A stretch of 64,000 nucleotides of DNA from Octopus vulgaris (Eukaryota), in the NCBI GenBank assembly GCA_951406725.2, contig OX597814.1:168640001-168704000 (forward strand), given 5' to 3'. The notes below the pieces were generated by a model, which saw nothing but the letters and a program-made list of their open reading frames with translations, was not told the DNA's origin and did no database searches. The position numbers and the translations under genes were made by a program. Positions within the stretch are counted from its first letter, which is position 1. The number at the start of each line of letters is the position of its first letter. Shown here one piece after another: positions 24,362 through 37,299 of the stretch.

Positions 24362-25060
24362 ATGTGTATATATGTATGAATGTATATGTGTATGTTTATG
24401 TATATGTATATATATGTATATATATATGTATATGTGTATGTATATGTATGTATGTGTATGTATGTGTATATGTATATGTGTATATATATTAATTAGTGTA
24501 TATGTATGGACTAGTCTTCTGTGGGTGTGTTGAGGTATGTATGTGTATGCGTGTATGTGAATATACGTGAATGTATGTAGATGTATGCGTGTATGAATAT
24601 AAACGTGCGTGTGCGTATGTGTATGTGTGTACGTGTGAGTGTGTGGGCGTGAGTGAGTGCTTGCGTTCGTATCAGTGAGTAGATAGATAAACGGAATCTT
24701 TAGATCATCCTTTGAGACCGGCTGACCGGTCAAGATAAAAATAAAGATATAAACAAAAGTAGTAATAATAAAATTAAAATAAGAGAATAAAAATGTGTGT
24801 GTATGTGTGTGCATGTATATGCATTTGTATATATATGTGCGAGTGGGTATACATATATGTATGTATATGTATGTATATGTGTATCTGTGTGTACGTACAT
24901 GGGTATGTGTATATATATGTATATATATGTATATATATGTGTATATGTATGTGTATGTATGTATATATATATATGTATGTATATGTGGGTATGTATGTAT
25001 ATGTATAGATATATGTAAATATGTGGGTGTATATATGTATATATATATATATGTAGTTGT
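23670..25060. repeat. Complex (TA)/(TG)/(ATT) microsatellite region
   Basis: Degenerate TA/TG dinucleotide tracts with (ATT)n at ~24030-24100. Confidence 0.95.
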
Positions 25061-25275
25061 ACAAGTGAGAGTCTCCCTACTTACCTAAAACTCTATTTTT
25101 CTATTTATATTTTTTTATTCTTTTATTTATTCTTTTATCTACTTTACCACCGATTCCTTTGACCACTCCCCTAATAATGACAGTTTTGCGCCATGCCTAC
25201 CCCCAAAAAAGTCCCCCACCACCACCCATTTAAACCTGCCTAAATGTATAAATGCCAAAACAACTCTTGTCTACT

Positions 25276-25326
25276 AGCTTCCTGATGATTTCTTTTGAAT
25301 GAAACAGTTCTAGTCCTGTAGAAGCT
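25276..25326 (+). ncRNA. Type I hammerhead ribozyme
   Basis: AGCTTC-CTGATGA-T TTC tttt GAA T-GAAA-CAG ttctagtc CTG-TA-GAAGCT. Perfect 6-bp stem I, canonical core, GUA cut after 25320, U-U at 10.1/11.1. Confidence 0.75.
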
Positions 25327-25346
25327 CCTTCTATATAATAAATTAA

Positions 25347-25416
<70 letters not shown>

Positions 25417-25528
25417 GTATGTATATACGTATATATATATATATATACGTATGTATATACGTATATATATATATAAATATATACGTATTTATATATATCT
25501 ATATCTATATCTATATCTATCTGTCTAT

Positions 25529-25581
<53 letters not shown>

Positions 25582-25671
25582 CCTTCCCTTCTTTCCTGAG
25601 CGTCAAATAATACTTTAATTGTTCCACGTCCTCGCGTTGCTGTGTTTTTTTCTGTGTTTTCTTGTTTGGAT

Positions 25672-25758
<87 letters not shown>

Positions 25759-26432
25759 GTGTTGTTGAAATTTCTTTGTGTCCATTTTGTCCAACTAAGA
25801 CTAAAACCATTATACGAAGAAAGGATTTTTTTTGACCGAATAAAGAGAAAGGAATAAAATGACAGTGAGAGAAAGAGAAAAGGAAAGGGAGAAAGAGAGA
25901 GAGATGAGAGAGAGAGGTGGGAGAAAGCGAGAGAGAGGTGGGAGAAAGCGAGAGAGAGTTCTTAGTGCTTGATTCATTGCCTGCTTTTCCGAACTCTTGT
26001 CAAATGGTCATTTGATAATCCAAAATCGATTCTTTATTGCTACATATCAGTTTCACTGCATTTCTTCATCGATATTAAACTGGATAGTTGGTGAAATTAT
26101 TGTGGGTGTCGGAAGACGATAGGGAAGTTAATACCAAAAGAGTTTCAAAGCTGTTCTGAAGCCGAGGGTGCAACAGAAAGGCAATAAAACCATTGAGATG
26201 TGGTTTTCGAAGTGAGAAATTAAGCCATAACAGATTCAGAAAAGTCATAAACGGTGAATGCGTTCACAATTGTATGAGCAAGCGTTATTATGAAGTGTCG
26301 GGGGAAATTTGTCTGTAGGCTCACACAAAATCCTGTATAAGTGTGTAGAGGATGCATACATATTACACATACGTACGTCTTTCATGTGTATGAATGTGTG
26401 TACGTACATACATACATACATACATACATACA

Positions 26433-26464
<32 letters not shown>

Positions 26465-26465
<1 letters not shown>

Positions 26466-26635
26466 TCTTTTATTCTTTTACTTGTTTCAGTCATTTGACT
26501 GCAGCCATCCTGGAGCACCGCCTTTAGTCGAACAAATCGACCCGAGGACTTATTCTTTGGACGCCTAGTACGTATTCTATCGTCTCTTTTGCCGAACTGC
26601 TAGGTTACGGGAACGTAAACACACCAACATCGTTC
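26465..26635 (-). mobile_element. SINE family A 3' half
   Basis: CTTGTTTCAGTCATTTGACTGCAGCCATCCTGGAGCACCGCCTTTAGTCG. Similar pieces at 19410-19625, 22870-23025 and 33340-33530. Confidence 0.8.
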
Positions 26636-26639
26636 CGTG

Positions 26640-27265
26640 GACCGTGCATCTGTTCTCTCCTCCTGAATCTGCCCTGCAGTCTCCCGTCTCCCTTTTCCCC
26701 TCACCTACCACCCACCAACCTACCTCTCCAACGCACCATTCTTCGAGCTGTCCGGCATCTCCAGTCCGACCCGTCCACTTCACACATCTTCCCTAACCGA
26801 CCCCTCTTCTCATTCAAACGAGCCCACAACCTACGAGACCTCTTGGTCCACAGCTTCTTCTCCAACCCAACCTCCCAACCTGGCTCGTTCCCCTGCCGCA
26901 CTTACCCTAACCCCTCCAACACCACTCTCCTCACCGGCACTCATCATCGACCCTATCACATTACCGACTCCTTCACCTGCACTTCTACCAATATCATCTA
27001 TTGCATCTCCTGTTGTCTCTGCCATTCTCTGTACATCGGACAACCGGGACGCCGCTTGGCTGACCGGTTCGCGGAACACCTCCGAGACATCCGCCTCGGC
27101 AATGACACCCCGGTCTCACGCCATTACCACTCTACCGGTCACTCTTTGCAACACCTGTCCGTGTTCGGATTGTCCTTGCAAAGAGGCCATCCGAACTCCC
27201 GTTTGCGCCGTGAACAGGGATTAATCTTCTCTCTTCGCTCTTTTGCGTCACATTGGCTCAAATTT
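26640..27265 (+). pseudogene. Penelope-like element GIY-YIG endonuclease fragment (Neptune-type)
   Basis: FKRAHNLRDLLVHS...FTCTSTNIIYCISCCLCHSLYIGQPGRRLADRFAEHLRDIR...PVSRH...RLRREQGLIFSL: NIIY/YIG motifs with CxxC and the catalytic Arg and Glu. Confidence 0.9.
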
Positions 27266-28018
27266 TCCTCCCCTCTTCATTTAATCTCCTCCCCTTGCTT
27301 CTCTCCCCTCCCCTCCCTCCTACTTCCTCCCACCCACCTCTCCTCTCTTTCTACTACTCCTACTTCTCTTCACTCCTACTCTCTTTCTCTCTTCTCTCAT
27401 ACCCACCTTCCCCTTCCTCCTTCATCGTCAACCCTTCCGCATAAGCCCACCCCACCCCTACACATTCCTACCCCACCTTCCCTATCCTTCCCTATCCTTC
27501 TCATCCCACCCATCCCATTCCTTACACCCTCTCCCACAAACCCCACCTCTACCCCCACCATCTGCCTACCCACATACCCACCTCTACCCCCACCCTCTGC
27601 CTACCCACATACCATAACTCTACCCCAACCAACAGCCTAACCCACACCCCACCCGTGCTTTCCCCACTCTCATCTCCCCACCTCCCAACACCATCACCAT
27701 CACACCACACCACACTACACCATACCACACAACACCTCACATCACAACACACCACCACGCACACACCAGCACTGACTAATTCCTATTCCCACATTTTCAC
27801 ACCTACACATACACATACGCACACATCAAGATCACCAGCCCTCTTTCACACGCACATACGTACTCTCTTACACACGCGCGCACCTTCGTTTGGGGATCAC
27901 TACTACTTTGTTATCTCCCCTACTTCTTCGTTCTCCTGTGTGATCCTTCTGTCCGGCATTCACCATGATAGATCGGTAGCCACTACACATTTTTTCTCTC
28001 CTTGTTTCTTTTTGCGTT

Positions 28019-28056
28019 CCTTTCTGTGGAAGAGCGTAGGCTCGAAATGTTAAAGG
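28019..28056 (+). ncRNA. Degenerate minimal hammerhead at the 3' end of the Neptune-type PLE
   Basis: CCTTT-CTGTGGAA-GAGC gtag GCTC-GAAA-TG-TT-AAAGG. Stems I and II intact, core altered. Confidence 0.45.
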
Positions 28057-28109
28057 CTTTTTCAATTTCCGAGCGTTATACTAATGCATCTGTTTGTTTC
28101 CTATACCAT

Positions 28110-29504
28110 CTGCGACAAGGCAGTGGGTCGTACGCAATGTTTCGAGAGGCACAGGCGCTTCAAAAGTAGAACATCCCTGGAGGACGATTAGCGATCTGGA
28201 AGACCTACCACAAGCATCACCCCCGGGAGTGTGGGAAAAATTCATGAGTTTGTGCATGAGGCTTGACGAAGTACAATCAACAACATTGTCTGATGTTGTT
28301 GGTTTATCGTATGGGTCCATGCAGGCAATCCTAACGTCTGAATTGAGTATGCAGTGTGTCTCTACCAAGTTTGTACCCCACTTGCTGGCCGCTGATCAGA
28401 AAGAACATCGCGTTGAAGTCTGTCAAGGTCTGTGTCAAAGTGCCGCTGATGACCCGTCCTTCATGTTGAGCATCCTCACCGCTAATGAGAGTTGGCTCTA
28501 TGGGTACGACCTTGGGACGAAGCAGCAGTGGTCACAATGGAAGAGCCTTTCATCTCCACGACCAACGAAGACACAACAGAGTCTCAGTTCGATTAAGAGT
28601 ATGCTCATCGGTTTTATTTCAACATTCGCATTGTATATCCAGAATTCGTCCCCCTGGGCCCGACCGTCAATCGAGAGTTCTACTGCGACGTTTTGAAGCG
28701 TTTGGAGGGGGACATTCGGCAAAAATGGCCGGATCTGTGGAGCGCGAATTGGATTCTTCACGGCGACAATGCACCTTGTCACTGAGCTCTTCTTACTAGT
28801 GAATTCCTCACCAAAACAAAATATTGCTTCCGCACCCACCCGATTCGTCAGATTTAGCAACTATAGACTTCCATCTCTTTCCCAAGATGAAAATGCAGCT
28901 CAAAGGTCACCGTTTCAACACCGTTGTCGAGATCTAGAGCGAATCGCGGAAGGTCCTCGACTCGCTTATGAGAAACTATTGCCAGGCCGGATTCTAAAAG
29001 TGGCAGGAACGCTGGGATGGATGTATTGCTGTGCAACGTGATTGTTTCAAAGGAGATGATGCTAAAACTTAGGTATGGCTGTGTGGTAAGTATCTTGCTT
29101 ACCAACTACATTGTTCCGGGTTCAGTCCCACTGCGTGGCACATTGGGCAAGTGTCTTCTACTATAGCCTCGGGCCGACCAAAGCCTTGTGAGTGGATTTG
29201 GCTGACGGAAACTGAAAGAAGCCCGTCGTAAATATGTATATTTGTGTGTGTGTGTGTGTGTTTGTCTCTCCAACATCGCTTGACAACCGATGCTGGTGTG
29301 TTTACGTCCCCGTAACAGAGGTTCGGCAAAAGTTTCCGATAGAATAAGTACTAGGCTTACAAAGAATAAGTCCTGCGGCCAATTTGGTCGACTAAAGGCG
29401 GTGCTCCATGATGGCCACAGTCATATGACTGAAACAAGTAAAAAAGTTTAAAAAATAATTTGTTTTTTCATTAAACAAAAGTAGTCCGAGAACTTTTTAA
29501 TACA
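28110..29504 (+). mobile_element. Mariner (DD34D) transposon, degenerate, interrupted by a SINE
   Basis: KFVPHLL (WVPHEL-like), ILTANESWLYGYD, HGDNAPCH, HPPDSSDLATIDFHLFPKMK (YSPDLAP-like). TIR-like GTAGTCCGAGAACTTTTTAATAC at 29481-29503. Confidence 0.9.
29071..29445 (+). mobile_element. tRNA-derived SINE family A (full length)
   Basis: GGCTGTGTGGTAAG A box, GGTTCAGTCCC B box, TTGGGCAAGTGTCTT core, internal (GT)n, tail GGCGGTGCTCCA..ATGGCCACAGTC. Confidence 0.9.
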
Positions 29505-29892
29505 TACATACACGTGCGTTTCCAAGAACAGACGAGAGATGTAGAATATTAGTTCGAAGCTGATGAATAAATTCCACTATTCCTCCATGTCTCTTGCTTT
29601 TGCGTGTTTTCTTTTCTACAATTTTTGTTATATATATATATATTTCACTCCACAGACATAAACGTCTAAATATTTTACAGTCGTAAATTTTTGTTCGTTA
29701 CCTGAAGAACCTACATACGAAGACCAACGGAGGAAAACCTCAAAAATAAAGAAAATAAAGAGAAAACTAATAATAATATAGATCGGTTAGACAGACAAAC
29801 AGATAGATAGATAGACAGACAGACAGATGGATGGATAGACATAAATAACAAGATAGATAGACAGACACAGCCAGCCAGCCAGACAGACAAAT

Positions 29893-29931
<39 letters not shown>

Positions 29932-29952
29932 TAGACAGATAGACAGATAGAC

Positions 29953-29985
<33 letters not shown>

Positions 29986-29999
29986 CTTAGACCGACAGA

Positions 30000-30093
<94 letters not shown>

Positions 30094-30181
30094 GATAGGT
30101 AGGTAGGTAGGTAGATAGATAGATGGATGGATGGATGGATGGATGGATGGATGGATGGATGGATGGATGGACGGACGGAAG

Positions 30182-30235
<54 letters not shown>

Positions 30236-30254
30236 TAGATAGATAGATAGATAA

Positions 30255-30341
30255 GTTTCTTTATTGGCCACACAGGGCTGCACACAGATGGGACAAGTTA
30301 CAAGGTAGAGCTTTTCTTTTGGGGGATGAAAAGCTCTACCT

Positions 30342-30342
<1 letters not shown>
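30255..30342 (-). mobile_element. Very short LINE 3' end in (GATA)n
   Basis: Minus strand ...TTGTCCCATCTGTGTGCAGCCCTGTGTGGCCAATAAAGAAAC. Same family as 30408-30753. Confidence 0.7.
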
Positions 30343-30407
<65 letters not shown>

Positions 30408-30753
30408 TGTTTCTTTATTAGCCACACAGGGCTGAACACAGACGGGACAAATTACAAAGTAGAGCATTTCGTTTGGGAGAGAAAAAAGAAAGTGGGGTAG
30501 GTTTTAGATCAAAAGGGATCGTAAAAAGGAAAGAAAAAAAAACGATCATTAGGAATTGTGTATCACAGAAATGTCGAAACAGATAAGATTTATCGGCGGA
30601 AAGAAAACCCTACGGAAAAGACCACGGTAACCTCGGTCAATAATGTCACATGTTAGCACATTTATTTTGCAAGTAAGTCTCTGTTTTAAATTTTTCCGGG
30701 TTCATAGGATCATGCTTAAGGATGGCACGTCATTCATACGTGCCATCCTTGCT
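30408..30753 (-). mobile_element. 5'-truncated non-LTR element 3' end (probably L1/Tx1-like) in (GATA)n
   Basis: Minus strand short frame ARMARMNDVPSLSMIL*, then a 3' UTR ending CAGCCCTGTGTGGCTAATAAAGAAAC. The clade is inferred. Confidence 0.6.
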
Positions 30754-30776
30754 AGCTAGCTAGCTAGCTAGCTAGC

Positions 30777-30849
<73 letters not shown>

Positions 30850-31311
30850 GGAGAGCAGGAGAGAGAGACGGAAGGAAGGTGAGCTGGATGAAATGATAGA
30901 TCGATAAACCCGTGTGGTTGCTTGCTTAAGTGTCTAGTGGAGATATATCAATCGAAATGCGTGTGTGCATTATCAGCGTTGGAGAGGACATGGAAAAGCG
31001 GTGTGAAAGAGTGCGTATGTTTGTATTCGTGTGATAAAGAAGATGATGGTCAACATTGGATTGGATGGGCGACCAATAAGCAAGTAGGGTCTATGGGGAC
31101 AGAGGTATGTTGTGTGTTTGTGCGTGCATTTGTGTGTGTGTGGGGAAATGTATTTTAGCAAAGGAAAACTGCTAAACATACGTGTCTGAAACTGTTTGCG
31201 TGTCGGTCTGTGAGCGAGAAAGTGAGAGAGAAAGTGACTAAAAGGGAAGCAAACAGGTATGTACTTTGAGAGTGTGCGTGCGTGTATATGTGCGTACGCG
31301 CGCGCGCGCGC

Positions 31312-31350
<39 letters not shown>

Positions 31351-31973
31351 CTTAGTTGTCTAGTGTTTGAGCGTAAATTTGTGTTTGCGCGCAAGCCGAG
31401 CATGTGCGTGTGTGATAGTTAGGGCAAAAGAAAACATAGATAGCTTCAGTGTTTCTTTGTGTGTATGTGCTTGTGTGTGTGTATCTGTGTGTGTGTAAGA
31501 GAGAGTTTGTGAATTCAAGCGCGCAGGCGTGCGTAATAGTCTAAGGGGAAAATCATGCAAATAGCCTTTGCATGTGTATGCCACAATTAATAGAGTATTA
31601 GAAGATATTCTGTATGCGTGTGTGTGTGTCTATGTGAGAAAAAGAAAGAGAAAGAATGAATGCTGGTGAAAGAGATGTACATATGCGTGTGTATGCGTGC
31701 GTGTGTATAGTGTGTCTGTGTGTGTGTGATAGTGTATGTGTGAGTGTGTGCCTGTGTGTGTGTGTGTGTGTGTATCTGCGCGCGCATGTGAAAAATGGAG
31801 AGAATGTATGTCTAATTTCGTTTAACAAGATAGAGTATGTTAGTGTATTTGTATGCGTACTTGCATGATCGAAAAAAAAATCGAAAGAAAAATCGGAAGA
31901 GAAACCTATCTTGGTTGGATTCGAGTGTTGCCAGAGTGAGTATAATTAAAAATGTACGTGTGTGTACATTTGT

Positions 31974-33318
31974 ATGTGTGTGTCGTGAGTTTGTGTAGTC
32001 AAATCGTAGGAGAATTGTTTGAGCCGTAAAAAGGGTGAGATGTGTGTGGTATGCTTGGGTATCGAAAAAAAAATATATATGTAACAAGTTTATTAATATC
32101 GTAACGTAGTAAGTTACATAGTTCGTCCCATATTGAAATCGAAAGGAATTTCGATAAACAGACGGTCACCATTGAAACAGACGTCAGCTCATCGAAATTT
32201 CTTTTGGTTTACAATATGGGACGAACTATGTAAACGATGTTAATAAACTCGTCTTATCGTATATTGTCTAACCCTTGTCATCTCTACTAGGCTGAATATA
32301 TAAATGCATACATGTGTGTGTCGTGAGTTTGTGTAGTGAAATCGTAGGAGAATTGTTTGAGCCGAAAAGGGTGAGATGTGTGTGTGGTATGCTTGGGTAT
32401 CGAAAACAATATATATATATGTAACAAGTTTATTAATATCGTAACGTAGTAAGTTACATAGTTCGTCCCATATTGAAATCGAAAAGAATTTCGATAAACA
32501 AACGGTCACCATTGAAACAGACGTCAGCTCATCGAAATTTCTTTTGATTTTCAATATGGGACGAACTATGTAAACGATGTTAATAAACTCGTCTTATCGA
32601 ATATTGTCTAACCTTTGTCATCTCTACTAGGCTGAATATATAAATGCATACATGTGTGTGTCGTGAGTTTGTGTAGTGAAATCGTAGGAGAATTGTTTGA
32701 GCCGAAAAGGGAGAGATGTGTGTGGGTATGCTTGGGTATCGAAGAAAATATATATGTAACAAGTTTACTAATATCGTAACGTAGTAAGTTGCATAGTTCG
32801 TCCCATATTGAAATCAGAAGGAATTTCGATAAACAGTCGGTCACCATACAACCGTCAGCTCATCGAAATTTCTTTTGATTTTCAATATGGAACGAACTAT
32901 GTAAACGATGTTAATAAACTCGTCTTATCGTATATTGTCTAACCCTTGTCATCTCTACTAGGCTGAATATATAAATGCATACATGTGTGTGTCGTGAGTT
33001 TGTGTAGTGAAATCGTAGGAGAATTGTTTGAGCCGTAAAAAGGGTGAGATGTGTGTGGTATGCTTGGGTATCGAAAAAAAAATATATATGTAACAAGTTT
33101 ATTAATATCGTAACATAGTAAGTTACACAGTTCGTCCCATATTAAAATCAGAAAGAATTTCGATAAACAGACGGTCACCATACAACCGTCAGCTCATCGA
33201 AATTTCTTTTGATTTTCAATATGGAACGAACTATGTAAACGATGTTAATAAACTCGTCTTATCGAATATCGTCTAACCTTTGTCATCTCTACTAGGCTGA
33301 ATATATAAATGCATACAT
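31974..33318. repeat. Tandem array of four 331-340-bp units, each with a long internal inverted repeat
   Basis: TCGTGAGTTTGTGTAG recurs at 31983, 32321, 32661 and 32992. Fold-back at 32087-32249 in unit 1. Confidence 0.95.
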
Positions 33319-33664
33319 ACATATAAATATTTGGTTTTTATTTTTAACTTGTTTCAGTCATTTGACTGTGGCCTTGCTGGAACACCGCCATAAAGGGTTT
33401 TAGTCGAAGAAATCGAGCCCAAGACTTATTCTTTGTAAACGTAGTACTTATTCTATCGGTCTTTTTTGCCGAACTGCTAAGTTGCGGGATGTAAACACAC
33501 CAACATCAGCTGTCATCGATGGTGGGGGACAAGCAAGGACACAAAGACACACGCATAAATACACACACACACACACACACGCACACACACACACGCACAC
33601 ACACACACCTGCGCGCACGCGCATACCCACACATACACACACACATTTCCTTCTCTTGCACTCG

Positions 33665-34405
33665 CGACGATAACTTAAGTTGGAGTGTTCACATATACAA
33701 GAAAATCGACATGGCCTGCAGGGCGTGCTCCTGGATCCTCAGGACTTTCCGGTCTAAAGATACTCCAACCATTATCCTCCTTTTTTCTACCTTTGCCCGC
33801 CCTCACCTTGAATACTGTTGTCCGCTATGGTCTCCCTACACGAGTCAGAATATTAAAAAGCTTGAAGCACCCCAGAGATCAATTACAAAAAAAATTGATG
33901 CTATGTCTGGTCTTAATTACTGGGATCGACTCGCGAATCTCAAACTATATTCTCTCCAGTGCCGTCGAGGGCGCTTTATTATTTGTATGACGTGGAAATT
34001 GTTCCGACAGTATTGCCCAAATGATATCGGTATCACTTTTAAAATCCACCCAAGGCTTGAACCCCTTGCCATGCGTCCTCTACAGAAATCGTGCTCTCAG
34101 CACATCACAACACTAAAACAGAACTACTTCTCCACTACTGGGCCTGCTCTCTTTAACATCATTCCAAAACATATAAAGGAGGAAAAAGATTTCATAACCA
34201 TCAAAATGTTCCTGGATGAATATCTCCAACAAATTCCAAATAAACCACCTACACCCTGATACACTGCTGCAAACAACAACTCTTTAATCGAATGGGCAAT
34301 GGTGCCTGAAAATAATTATATGCAAAAATACTTTACTAAATGTCTTTTCCAGGTGGTGCTATTAAGTTAGCTATGGCCTGGACCAGTGTGGCCGAAACCT
34401 ATCTC
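33665..34405 (+). mobile_element. 5'-truncated CR1-clade LINE (ORF2 C-terminus plus tail)
   Basis: [10 protein letters not shown]...SWILRTF...RPHLEYCCPLWSP...LEAPQRSITK...YWDRLANLKLYSLQCRR. Confidence 0.9.
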
Positions 34406-35532
34406 AGTATCTAAGTGGTGCTTGTGTTCCAAAGGTACAATGAGAGGGCCCAGGAGAAGGATAGAAATATGGGATGGAAGGGAAGAAAGAGGGAAGGAAA
34501 GAAAAGAATGGAAAGTGAAAAGGTAAACTGGGGCTCTGAAGTGAGTGCTAAACAGGAGATGAAACAAAATACATGTCTTACCTATGCACTGTTCAAATAG
34601 AAAAAAAAGATGTGTGATAAAAAATTGGATAGTCTTTTGGTACCAAAAAGCGAAGAAAGATAGACAGAGTGGAGCAGAGAAGTACGAAGAAAGAGGGAGT
34701 GCAGAGAAAAAAAGGGAATAAAGATAGACAGTAGGTGGTTGACAGAGATGGACAAAGGAAGAAATGGAAGGTAGGCAGCAGATAGGTAGAGAGGCAGATA
34801 GAAATAGATGTGGAAGGTTTTGTGTACACGAGGGGATAGGAGAAGGACAGAGAGATGGATAGAAAAGAGAGAAAATCTTGCACCAAATATTGAAGTGGGA
34901 ACAGAAGTGGAGTGTGTGACGTTACATTGACTAACAACCATAAAATGTTACGCAGAAAATCGAAACGCACACACACACACACACACACACACTCCTTTCC
35001 TCGACCTTCCGCATACTACCTTTCACCAATGCCCTTGGGGCCAGCAAAAAGAGTTTGACAAAGACACACACCAATGCATCCACGTACACATACGCACGCC
35101 CCTAAAAGGCGGACACTCCGCATATAACTATCCCCCCCAGAACATACCCCCTCACGTACATTGTACCCCCACATATACACAGACCCTCCACACACACATA
35201 CATTACACAACGCACGTTAATATAAAAAAAAACACAGACCAACGAACGCAGCGCTATATATACCTAAACCCCCAGAAAATGTTATACATATGGCACCGCT
35301 ACACATACCATACACCCCATCCCCACAGGAACACCATATTATTAATACACACTTTCCCCACTTCAAGATAACTCTTGCCGGATTCACAAGATACCTAACG
35401 AAGGGACATTACTCCTAGCCCATTTTTCATTTCACCACTTATTGCGCAGCAGCCGCTGACCGGATGTGGTAGTCCACCTCCGGAAGTGGAGAGCAATCGC
35501 CATATTCCCTTCCATATCGGCTACAGCTATAT

Positions 35533-35927
35533 GTGGAGGCGCAATGACCCAGTGGTTAGGGCAGCGGACTCGCGGTCATAGGATCGCGGTTTCGATTCCC
35601 AGACCGGGCGTTGTGAGTGTTTATTGAGCCAAAACACCTAAAGCTCCACGAGTCTCCGGCAGGGGATGGTGGTGATCCCTGCTGTACTCTTTCACCACAA
35701 CTTTCTCTCACTCTTACTTCCTGTTTCTATTGTACCTGTATTTCAAAGGGCCGGCCTTGTCACTCTCTGTGTCACGCTGAATATCCCCGAGAACTACGTT
35801 AAGGGTACACGTGTCTGTGGAGTGCTCAGCCACTTACAGGTTAATTTCACGAGCAGGCTGTTCCGTTGATTCGGATCAAGCGGAATCCTCGTCGTCGTAA
35901 CCGACGGAGTGCTTCCAATCCAAATCC
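35533..35927 (+). mobile_element. tRNA-derived SINE (C head plus tail X)
   Basis: GTGGAGGCGCAATGACCCAGTGGTTAGG, GGTTTCGATTCCC. TSD ACAGCTATAT at 35523-35532 and 35928-35937. Confidence 0.9.
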
Positions 35928-36106
35928 ACAGCTATATATATATATTTATATATATATATATATATAGCTGTAGAAACCATGACAAATCAGACTGAAACCT
36001 GGTGCCACTCCCTAGCTTACAAGTTTTCAGTCAAACCGTCCAACCCAAGCTAGCATGGAAAATGGATGCTAAATGATGATCATTATGATGATCATAATAT
36101 ATATAA

Positions 36107-36740
36107 TACAGGGTGCGGTGAATGAACTGTCGTGTAAATCACGCAAAAATGAAAATAACACTGACATCTCATTTTAACAGATATATTTAGCAAAATTACA
36201 TAAAAATATCTTGAAATACTAAAGAGTAAATTTATTCACTGAAACCGCCATTCGTTTCAATCACGGTCTCCAGAAGACTTCAGAATCTCCTGCAACTCTT
36301 CTGGACGGTCTTCTTGTTTAAGTTGGTGAATGCTGCCAAATTCCTTGCCTTCAATTCATCTTTGGTGTTACTAGTAGTTTTGTTGGTCTTTCACTCAACT
36401 GCGGCCTACATATAATAATCAAGGAGGTTGCTGTCTTGGGAGTTAGGTGGCCAGATGTTAGCGGTGATGTGGTCGCAAAAATTGTCTGAAAGCCACGACT
36501 GGGTTCTCCTGCTTGTGCGGCATGGTGCAGAGCCCTGTTGCTAGACATAGGGTGTTCCAGCAGCCACCCTCTTACCCAGAATAGCACTACCTTCTCCAGA
36601 CACTTGATGCAGACCTCCGTGTTAAGTGTAAGGCTGTGTGGGAAGATGAATGGAAACATAACGTCGCCATCACTAGTGATCACTCCAAACACCATGATGT
36701 TGACTGGATATTTGATTTTTATCACTCTCGGTATATGTTT
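36107..36740 (-). mobile_element. Tc1/mariner-superfamily (maT/DD37D-like) transposase 3' fragment with TIR
   Basis: PVNIMVFGVITSDG..PFIF, QQGSAPCRTSRRTQSWL, WPPNSQDSNLLDY (WPPNSPDLNPLDY-like). End TA|CAGGGTGCGG. Confidence 0.8.
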
Positions 36741-37299
36741 TTGAGACTCAGACTGTCACCCAACACTCTGAAATATTCGTATTGGCGCTTCCGGTGCAAA
36801 TGCCAAGCAGTACAGCACATCATTTCCAAAACTCTCAAATGGTTATTTGGTGCTGCTACGACTATCAGATTACATGATTTCAGTCTGATTTGACCTTATC
36901 AATGATAGACTTCAAACAGCTGAAAATAGCAGCAACTGCCGTGCTAGCAATACACATAGAAATACAGAGCCAAAAGAGGCGTTAACTGGTAATTATGTGA
37001 GTCTGTTTACCAAAGGGAAACAATTGACCAGAAAGAGCGGGAAATTATCAAAGAGAAAATAAGACAGCAGAGAGAGACATTCTTATGAGATTAGCAGATA
37101 TTATCGAATTTCTGGTAAAATAAATTTGGGTTTTAAGAGACATCATGAAGTATTGGAGAACAAAACTGAAACTGGACGTAATGATTTCAAAATTAGAAGG
37201 AATTTATTGGTGGCAGTGGAATTCCGTTCAAAATATGATCGCTCTCTTGAAAGATCAACTCCTTTGAACTAAGATGAGTGACACAAGAATGTCCTGCTT

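Larger units (their letters stand above)
29790..30850. repeat. (GATA)/(GACA)/(GGAT)n microsatellite region
   Basis: Long tetranucleotide tracts interrupted by two LINE 3' ends. Confidence 0.95.

Noticed and set aside
27265-27860. Pro/Ser/Thr/His-rich extension of the GIY-YIG ORF
   Set aside because: Pyrimidine/C-rich low-complexity 3' region read through after a frameshift.
31974-33318. CRISPR-like array or canonical hammerhead in the ~335-bp repeat
   Set aside because: No unique spacers or cas genes, and the context is eukaryotic. CTGAATA...GTGAAA lacks G8 and a pairing stem I.
35453-35500. CTGACC-GGA TGTGG tagt CCAC C TCC-GGAAG hairpin
   Set aside because: Resembles an HHR stem II, but both core segments deviate.
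35533-35610. tRNA gene
   Set aside because: The A/B boxes belong to SINE heads that continue into repeat bodies with TSDs. No complete cloverleaf is evident.
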